NCBI GenBank assembly: GCA_028285585.1
Contig: JANQOU010000006.1
Span: forward strand, 593,881-657,880
Origin: Acidimicrobiia bacterium
GTDB lineage: Bacteria > Actinomycetota > Acidimicrobiia > Spongiisociales > ZC4RG35
DNA length: 64,000 nt
Reading direction: 5' to 3'
Made by a program: the position numbers and the translations under genes. A model generated the notes under the pieces. That model ran no database searches. It saw nothing but the letters and a program-made list of their open reading frames with translations, and had not been told where the DNA came from. Each line of letters starts with the position of its first letter. Within the stretch, counting starts at the first letter, position 1. Shown piece by piece: positions 57,911 through 64,000 of the stretch.

Positions 57911-59635
57911 TCACATCCGGGCCGGGACCTCGATGCCGAGCAGATCCAGCAGAGTCGTGAGAGCCCCCAGTGTCCATTGGGAGAGGGCGAGCCATGAGGC
58001 TTGCCTCTCGGCGTCGGGCTCGGAGAGGATGTGATGAACGTCATAGAAGCTGCTGAACCGCATTGCCAGCTCATGTGCGTAGGCGGCGAGGTGGTTGGGG
58101 GCTCTCAGCTCGATCGAGCGGTCGATCACTTCCGGCAGATGGAGAAGGTCGAGCATCAGGCTTCGCTCGCCAGGTGAGATGGGCGGCTGGATCGCTCCGG
58201 GAGCCAGGCCTTGCTCAGCAGCCTTGCGCAAGATCGACTTGATTCGCACCGCCTGGTACTGGACGTATGGGCCGGTCTTGCCTTCGAAAGAGCTGAATCG
58301 ATCGAGGTCGAGCACGTAGTCGGAGGCGCGGTTGTTGATCAGGTCGCCGAACTTGAGTGCGGCGACACCGACCTGAGCGGCGATCTGCTCTCGCTCCTCT
58401 TCCGGGTATTCCTCGGCAAGCTGGGCCTCGTCGAGCCGCTGCTTGGCGGCACCTCGAATCATCTCGATCACGTCGCGAAGCCGGACCACCCCGCCTTCAC
58501 GAGTCTTGAAGGGCTTGCCGTCACTGCCGTTCATCGTCCCGAAATGGATGTGCTCCAAAGCAACCGACTCGGGGGCGATACCCGCCTTGCGAGCAGCCCG
58601 GAACACCTGCTCGAAGTGATCGCCCTGACGGTGGTCCACTACGTAGAGGACCAGATCGACATCGAGGTCCTCGACACGCATCTCCACCGTGGCCAGGTCC
58701 GTCGTGGAGTAGAGGAAGCCGCCGGCTCGGCTCTTCAGGATCAATGGCGGCCACTCCCTGTTGTCGTCGGGCTGTCCCACGGGCACGACCAAGGCCCCGT
58801 CAGACTCGACGGCCACGCCTTCACCCTCCAGCCTGCGGGTCAGGGGATCCAGACGATCGTGCACGTCCGACTCCCCGTACCAGAGGTCGAAGGCGACTCC
58901 GAGCGCAGCGAAGTCCTGACGCTGGCTCGACTCAGATACTGCCTTCATCTGCCGCCAGATCTCGAGGCTCTCAGCGTCTTCGTGCTGGAGCCGGACAGTG
59001 GCGGCGCGGGCGGCATCGGCAAACTCCTGGTCGGTGGTGGCGCGCGCAGATGCTTCCGGGTAGATCCGCTGCAAGTCGTCGAGAGTGATCGCAGCGGGGT
59101 CGAGCCCCTCTTCTTTCAGGACCGAGATGAGCAGGCCCATCTGGAAGCCCCAATCTCCGAAGTGGGGGTCTCGTATGACCTTGTGGCCGGCGAAGTGGAA
59201 CAACCTCGCCAGGGAGTCGCCGATGATCGTGGCTCGAAGGTGGCCGACGTGCATCGCCTTGGCGACGTTGGGACCGGCGTAGTCGACCAAGACGTTCAAC
59301 GGCTCCCGGGTGCCGGCGTATCCGAGACGGTCGTCGCCGGCACTCGTCTCGGCCCATGTGGCGAGAGCGGTGTCTTCGAGGTTGATGTTGATGAAGCCGG
59401 GGCCGGCAACATCAGCGATCGCTATGTCCGGATGAGCCGCGAGGCTTGCAGCGACCTGATCGGCGATTTCGCGTGGTGATCGCCTGGCGGCCTTGGCCGC
59501 TTCCATGGCGCCGTTGCATTGGAACTGGGCCAGCTCGGGTCGTTGTGACGGCACCACCTCGCCAAGGGCTTGGTCGAGCCCGAGCTCGGCGAACGCGGCT
59601 CCGGCGACCTCGGACAGATGCGACTGCAACGACAT
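57911..59635 (-). CDS. argS: arginine--tRNA ligase
   Basis: 574 aa; HVGHLRATIIGD (HIGH-class motif), C-terminal DALR anticodon-binding domain. Confidence 0.9.
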   Translation of the reverse strand: MSLQSHLSEVAGAAFAELGLDQALGEVVPSQRPELAQFQCNGAMEAAKAARRSPREIADQVAASLAAHPDIAIADVAGPGFININLEDTALATWAETSAGDDRLGYAGTREPLNVLVDYAGPNVAKAMHVGHLRATIIGDSLARLFHFAGHKVIRDPHFGDWGFQMGLLISVLKEEGLDPAAITLDDLQRIYPEASARATTDQEFADAARAATVRLQHEDAESLEIWRQMKAVSESSQRQDFAALGVAFDLWYGESDVHDRLDPLTRRLEGEGVAVESDGALVVPVGQPDDNREWPPLILKSRAGGFLYSTTDLATVEMRVEDLDVDLVLYVVDHRQGDHFEQVFRAARKAGIAPESVALEHIHFGTMNGSDGKPFKTREGGVVRLRDVIEMIRGAAKQRLDEAQLAEEYPEEEREQIAAQVGVAALKFGDLINNRASDYVLDLDRFSSFEGKTGPYVQYQAVRIKSILRKAAEQGLAPGAIQPPISPGERSLMLDLLHLPEVIDRSIELRAPNHLAAYAHELAMRFSSFYDVHHILSEPDAERQASWLALSQWTLGALTTLLDLLGIEVPARM

Positions 59636-59701
59636 CGTCGCGAGGTTAGAACCTGACTTGGCGATGTTTGCCGTGCACAGCGTCGCGCTGACCGCGACCC
59701 C

Positions 59702-59749
59702 TTGCTATAGCAACCCGTGTCGCTCAGCGCGACGGGTTGCTATAGCAAG
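59702..59749. repeat. double-palindrome element copy B: TTGCTATAGCAAC - CCGTGTCGCTCAGCGCGACGGG - TTGCTATAGCAAG, about 65-115 bp upstream of argS and just downstream of the E1 gene
   Basis: same architecture as 11416-11464 with compensatory GCGT/ACGC to CCGT/ACGG change in the core stem. Confidence 0.6.
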
Positions 59750-59758
59750 GAGGGTCGG

Positions 59759-61780
59759 TCAGTACTTGGCCAGCTCGAGGGCTCGCTCGACGATCGACTC
59801 GGGTGTCGGGTAGAGGGCGTGCTCCAGCGAGCCCGCGTATGGCATCAGGGGAACGTCGGGCAGCCCGTACCTCTTGACCGGGGCGTCGAGCCATTCGAAG
59901 GTCTTGTCGGCGATCTGAGCGGCGATCTCCGCGCCGTACCCGACGAACTCGTTGTCCTCGTGGAGCACGAGCGCCCGGGACGTCTTCTTGACTGAGCGCT
60001 CGATGGTCGGCCAGTCCAGCGGCTTCAGGGAACGGAGGTCGATGACCTCCGGGCTGACACCCAGCTCTTCGAGGATGGGCACCGCTTCCATGGCGAAGTG
60101 GGCCATCGCCCCGTAGGCGACGATGGTCAGGTCATCACCCAGATGGCGAAGGGCAGCCTTGCCCAGCGGCACTCGGTGCTCACCGTCCGGGAAGGGCCCC
60201 TTTGCCAACCGGTAGAGTTTCTTCGGTTCGATGAACAGCACCGGGTCGGGATCTTCGACCGCGGTGTGCAGCAGGCCTTTGACGTCGGCAGGGGTCGACG
60301 GGATCACAACCTTCAGCCCTGGGACGTGGGCGTAGAAGGCTTCTATCGATTGCGAGTGGTACTGAGCACCATGTATCCCGGCCCCGTAGGGGGTGCGTAT
60401 GACGATGGGGCAGTTCCAGCGCCCGTCGCTGCGATAGCTGATCCTCGCCGCTTCGGAGACGATCTGGTCGAAGGCGGGGTGGATGTAATCGGCGAACTGA
60501 ATCTCGGGGATCACCTTGTATCCCGTCGCCGCCATCCCAATGGCACAGCCGATGATGGACGACTCGGCGATGGGTGTGTTGAAGCATCTCTTCGACCCGA
60601 ATCGCTCGGTCAGGTCTTGGGTTGCTTTGAAGACGCCACCCTTGCGCCGGGCGACGTCTTCACCGAACACCACGGTGTCGTCGTGCGCCTCCATCACCTC
60701 ATGGAGTGATCGGTTGATCGCCGTGATGAGGTTCACCCTCTCCCCGGCCGGAACCGGCTCCGGGGTAGTGGATGCCTCGCCGACCTCGATCAGCCGCGCA
60801 TATACATGTGAGGTGGGCTCGTCGGGGTCGGGTGACGTCTCGGCGGCTTCCACTGCTTTGGCCAGCGTCGCCACGACTTCTTCGTCGAGGTCGGTCTCCT
60901 GTTTCTCGGTGAGCAGCCGCTGCTCGATCAGGTACTGGCGCAGCTTCGCCAGCGGGTCTCTCTTGCGCCAGGTCTCGACCTCTTCCTGGGTTCGGTAGAG
61001 GGTGTCGTTGTCGTCAGAGGTGTGGGCGTAGTAGCGATAGGTCTCGGCCTCGATGAGCGTTGGGCCTTCACCCGATCGTGCCCGGCGCACCGCCGTTTGC
61101 ATCGTTTCCAGGACCTCGAAGGGGTCGTTGCCGTCGATGAGATGGCCGGGGAAGCCGTAGCCCTGCGCCCGGTCGGAGATTTGGCCAGCAACTCCTTCAC
61201 TCGTCGGGACCGAGATGGCGTACTGGTTGTTCTCGATGACGAAGATGAGGGGCAGGTCGTGAATGCCGGCCCAGTTCATCGCCTCGTGCCAGTCGCCTTC
61301 CGAAGTGGCCCCTTCTCCGCCGTAGACGACGGTCACGGCGTCGGTCTCACCGAATTTGAGGCCGTGGGCGATGCCGGCGGCGTGTGGGAACTGGGTGCCG
61401 ATGACGGAGGACTGAGTGAACACTCGGCGGTCGGGGTCTGACCAGTGGCTGGGCAGCTGGCGGCCCCCCGACATCGGATCTTCCTTCTTGGCGAACACCC
61501 CCAGGAAGATCTCTCTCGGGTCGAACCCCCAGGCCAAGGCAACACCCATGTCGCGGTAGTAGGGGAGAAGCCAGTCCTTGTCTCTGTCCAAGGCGAACAC
61601 AGAAGCAACCTGAATCGCCTCGTGTCCAGACGCCCCGAGCACGAACGCGGCGCGGCCTTGCCGCTGGAGCGCCCACATCCTGTCGTCGACTCGGCGGGCC
61701 ATCAGCATCAGCCGGTACATCTCGACGACTTCGGTGTCGTCCAGCCCTAGGCGGCGGTGATCTGGGGTCTGCTCGAGCAT
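59759..61780 (-). CDS. 2-oxoacid dehydrogenase E1 component, fused alpha-beta subunits (TPP-dependent)
   Basis: 673 aa; N-terminal alpha half with TPP-binding GDG-x(n)-NN region (YGGEGATSEGDWHEAMNWA...IENNQYAIS), C-terminal beta/transketolase-like half. Confidence 0.85.
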   Translation of the reverse strand: MLEQTPDHRRLGLDDTEVVEMYRLMLMARRVDDRMWALQRQGRAAFVLGASGHEAIQVASVFALDRDKDWLLPYYRDMGVALAWGFDPREIFLGVFAKKEDPMSGGRQLPSHWSDPDRRVFTQSSVIGTQFPHAAGIAHGLKFGETDAVTVVYGGEGATSEGDWHEAMNWAGIHDLPLIFVIENNQYAISVPTSEGVAGQISDRAQGYGFPGHLIDGNDPFEVLETMQTAVRRARSGEGPTLIEAETYRYYAHTSDDNDTLYRTQEEVETWRKRDPLAKLRQYLIEQRLLTEKQETDLDEEVVATLAKAVEAAETSPDPDEPTSHVYARLIEVGEASTTPEPVPAGERVNLITAINRSLHEVMEAHDDTVVFGEDVARRKGGVFKATQDLTERFGSKRCFNTPIAESSIIGCAIGMAATGYKVIPEIQFADYIHPAFDQIVSEAARISYRSDGRWNCPIVIRTPYGAGIHGAQYHSQSIEAFYAHVPGLKVVIPSTPADVKGLLHTAVEDPDPVLFIEPKKLYRLAKGPFPDGEHRVPLGKAALRHLGDDLTIVAYGAMAHFAMEAVPILEELGVSPEVIDLRSLKPLDWPTIERSVKKTSRALVLHEDNEFVGYGAEIAAQIADKTFEWLDAPVKRYGLPDVPLMPYAGSLEHALYPTPESIVERALELAKY

Positions 61781-61786
61781 CCTCGT

Positions 61787-62869
61787 TCAGTTCCTGTCAT
61801 GGCCGCTGCGGCGGAATCGACGCAGATCGCCGATGTCGTTGATGCGCTGCTCGGCCACGTGCATGGCGGCCTCGTTGGGATTGATGGAGTGCTCCTCGGC
61901 GGTGTCGAGGATGGTCAAGGTGGCTTCGTAGATGGCGTCAACTCGGTGGAGCGCTCGGGTCTTCGAGTACCCGTGCAGCTCGTCGTACACGTTGATCAGC
62001 CCGCCGGCGTTGACCACGAAGTCCGGGCCGTAGAGGATGTCGCGATCGGCCAGCCGCTGGGCGTCTTTCTCGGTGGCCAGCTGGTTGTTGGCGCACCCGA
62101 CGACGGCTTCGCACTGCAGCAACGGAATGGTGTCCTCGTTGAGGGCGCCTCCCAACGCGCAAGGGGAGAAGAAGTCCGTATCCTGGTTGAAGATCTCGTC
62201 CTCTTCCACGGCGCGGACCCCGTAGTTGCTGATCGCCGCCTCGATGGCCGGTTGGTAGGAATCCGTGATCACCACCTCGGCGCGGCTTTCCACGAGAAGC
62301 TGCACGAAGGCCGAGCCCACCTTTCCGACTCCCTGCACGGCGAACTTGCGTCCGCTGAGGTCGGGTGTTCCCCAGAGCTTCTTCGCCACTGCCCTGGTGG
62401 CAGCGAACAAGCCGCGGGCGGTGACAGGGGAGGGGTCGCCAGCTCCGCCCAGCGCGACGGAGTTGCCTAATGCCCAATTGGTCTCCCGCCGGACGAGATC
62501 CATGTCCTTGGTGGTGGTGCCGACATCCTCGGCGGTGATGTAACGGCCCTGCAACGAGTCGACGATCCGGCCGTATGCCCGGAACAGCCTTTCTGACTTG
62601 TCCTCCATCGGGTCACCGATGATGACCGCCTTCCCGCCGCCGAGGTCGAGACCTGCGGCGGCCGCCTTGTAGGTCATCCCCTTGGAGAGCCGGAGCACGT
62701 CGTCGAGGGCTTCGTCCTCGGATTTGTATGGAAAAAAGCGAGTCCCGCCTAAGGCGGGACCGAGAGCCGTGCTGTGGATGGCGATGATCGTCTTGAGGCC
62801 GGATACCTTGTCGTAGCCGTAGAGGATCTGCTCGTGCCCCTCCCGGGCTACTTCATCGAATACCAACAA
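61787..62869 (-). CDS. Glu/Leu/Phe/Val dehydrogenase family (leucine/valine dehydrogenase-like)
   Basis: GGTRFFPY, catalytic Lys region KAAAAGLDLGGGKAV, Rossmann GVGKVG. Confidence 0.85.
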   Translation of the reverse strand: MLVFDEVAREGHEQILYGYDKVSGLKTIIAIHSTALGPALGGTRFFPYKSEDEALDDVLRLSKGMTYKAAAAGLDLGGGKAVIIGDPMEDKSERLFRAYGRIVDSLQGRYITAEDVGTTTKDMDLVRRETNWALGNSVALGGAGDPSPVTARGLFAATRAVAKKLWGTPDLSGRKFAVQGVGKVGSAFVQLLVESRAEVVITDSYQPAIEAAISNYGVRAVEEDEIFNQDTDFFSPCALGGALNEDTIPLLQCEAVVGCANNQLATEKDAQRLADRDILYGPDFVVNAGGLINVYDELHGYSKTRALHRVDAIYEATLTILDTAEEHSINPNEAAMHVAEQRINDIGDLRRFRRSGHDRN

Positions 62870-62926
62870 CGGACGGATCCCCTTTGGTGAAGGTAAGGCA
62901 CCGAGACCTTACCCCGGGTCGCTTGG

Positions 62927-63712
62927 TTGCGTCTGGGCGACGCATTCTGGGAGGTGTGCAAGGATGACGCGATGACCAAGGCCGCGTTCATGAGGGTTTA
63001 CGCCCCCGAGGTGGACGGCTCGGATGAGCCGGTGCCCGGTTTCGTCAGGACCTATGGCCTGTTGTCGGAAGCCGAGGGAGACTCGGCTTGGACCGTCGAA
63101 TGGGAAGGACGTCGGCTGGTTTGCCCGAGAAACCTCAGGCTGAGGGTCTTGGAGTCCACCGTCGCCTTTGCCAACGCTTTTCAAGGCCTGGGGGGAGTCG
63201 GGCTGGTGCCCGAAGAGGCGGCGAGGGCCGCCGACACCGAGCTGCGCGCCTATCACCGGGCTCATCCGGAGCATCGCTCTCATGTGCTCACTTCGGCCTG
63301 GCATGTCCCGGTCCGTTGGTTCACGGCCTTCGAGTCGGGGCAGAAGCAGATCTATGAGACGTCGGACGGGATGCGAATCCGCTTTCGCTCCGACATCGAT
63401 GCCTCGCGTCGCAAGGTGGCGCGTGCCTACGACATCCTGGACAAGCTGGACGTGTTCCCCGGGCCGACGGAGGAGCTGGGCCAGCTCGGCGAGTGGCTCG
63501 ACCCCTTCCCGTCGGGCTCCATGGTCGAGCTGGACTATGGGGAGGTGTCCGACCTGTTCGACAGCGACGAGTTGGTGTTCGACGACTCGTGTGAGCTGAT
63601 CCAGGAGTCGCTCGACGCTCTCGAGAACGGTGACCTGCTCAAGGCCGGCGAGAACTACGGCCGGGTTGTCACCCGCTGGGCCCGCGCCTATTCCGTCACC
63701 TTCTCCAATTAA
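62927..63712 (+). CDS. hypothetical protein (alternative start MTKAAFMRVY at 62972)
   Basis: 261-aa ORF, acidic, no recognised family. Confidence 0.45.
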   Translation: MRLGDAFWEVCKDDAMTKAAFMRVYAPEVDGSDEPVPGFVRTYGLLSEAEGDSAWTVEWEGRRLVCPRNLRLRVLESTVAFANAFQGLGGVGLVPEEAARAADTELRAYHRAHPEHRSHVLTSAWHVPVRWFTAFESGQKQIYETSDGMRIRFRSDIDASRRKVARAYDILDKLDVFPGPTEELGQLGEWLDPFPSGSMVELDYGEVSDLFDSDELVFDDSCELIQESLDALENGDLLKAGENYGRVVTRWARAYSVTFSN

Positions 63713-63726
63713 CCCCCCAACCGCGT

Positions 63727-63772
63727 ACCTCAGGTAATACCGCCCGTATCTGGGCCCTATAACCTCAGGAAC
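63727..63772. repeat. half-copy of the nested-palindrome dispersed element (left TIR only)
   Basis: TACCTCAGGTAATACCGCCCGTATCTGGGCCCTATAACCTCAGG matches the left TIR of the copies at 16349 and 46159. Confidence 0.5.
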
Positions 63773-63847
63773 GAGGCGAGGTGCCGGGTTGCGCGCCCGG
63801 CGACCCCCTTTCGCAATCTCACCGCTTGTTCTGGCACCATCCCGCAG

Positions 63848-64000
63848 ATGTCAGTCCTCCCACTGGAATTGCTTCCGGAGTCGTCGTTCGTCGGTGAAGA
63901 CGGCCGGCTTCAGATAGGAGGCCGTGATGTGGTCGAGCTTGCCGAGGAGTTCGGCACCCCGCTGTTCGTCTATGACGAACAGCAGCTGAGAGACAGGTGC
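63848..64000 (+). CDS. lysA: diaminopimelate decarboxylase-like PLP decarboxylase, 5' fragment (continues beyond window)
   Basis: ATG at 63848; MSVLPLELLPESSFVGEDGRLQIGGRDVVELAEEFGTPLFVYDEQQLRDRC matches the LysA N-terminal pattern (GTPL[FY]V[YI]DE..LR.RC). Confidence 0.55.
   Translation, partial: MSVLPLELLPESSFVGEDGRLQIGGRDVVELAEEFGTPLFVYDEQQLRDRC

Noticed and set aside
1-64000. Search for tRNA, rRNA, prophage, integrase or transposase signatures
   Set aside because: No cloverleaf-compatible GTTC-N-ATCC tRNA arms in the larger intergenic regions. No rRNA-like conserved blocks. No recombinase or transposase-like ORFs. The dispersed elements therefore appear non-autonomous.

Overview
This is a 64 kb, high-GC (about 65% by eye) chromosomal segment with strong GC3 bias, gene-dense on both strands. 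Its gene content is typical of a core region of an actinobacterium: bS22, a PAC2-family protein, Lnt, LtrA, an LCP-family protein, TrpB2 and an ECF sigma factor. About 65 protein-coding genes are supported. I found no rRNA, tRNA, CRISPR array, transposase or integrase.

Gene content, in order along the window:
- A copper-homeostasis operon: a MerR/CueR-like regulator, copZ and a copA P-type ATPase, with a CueR-type dyad upstream.
- Purine biosynthesis split into four clusters (purM-purF; purL-purQ-purS-purC; purB; purD-purA), many joined by 4-nt ATGA start/stop overlaps.
- Core metabolism and translation genes: acs, lnt, trpB2, glnA, argS, a 6-phosphofructokinase (PFK) gene, mobA and a partial lysA.
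- glcDEF (glycolate oxidase).
- hyuA and hyuB with an AlkD-like DNA-alkylation-repair gene translationally coupled between them.
- A leucine/valine dehydrogenase next to a fused alpha-beta 2-oxoacid dehydrogenase E1.
- A mazEF-like toxin-antitoxin pair.
- A PadR regulator with a CPBP protease.
- A TetR regulator divergent from an SRPBCC protein.

The most unusual content is non-coding:
- A family of about 120-bp nested-palindrome elements with roughly 42-bp terminal inverted repeats. There are four intergenic copies (two full-length, two half-copies), resembling MITE or REP elements.
- A second dispersed element made of two perfect 12-bp palindromes (TTGCTATAGCAA) flanking a stem-forming core. 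It occurs twice, about 48 kb apart, with compensatory base changes between the copies.
- A pair of 21-bp perfect palindromes that also differ by a compensatory change.
- A 30-codon bS22 ribosomal protein gene that a 60-aa ORF cutoff misses.

All calls come from reading the sequence and recognising motifs. No database search was run.
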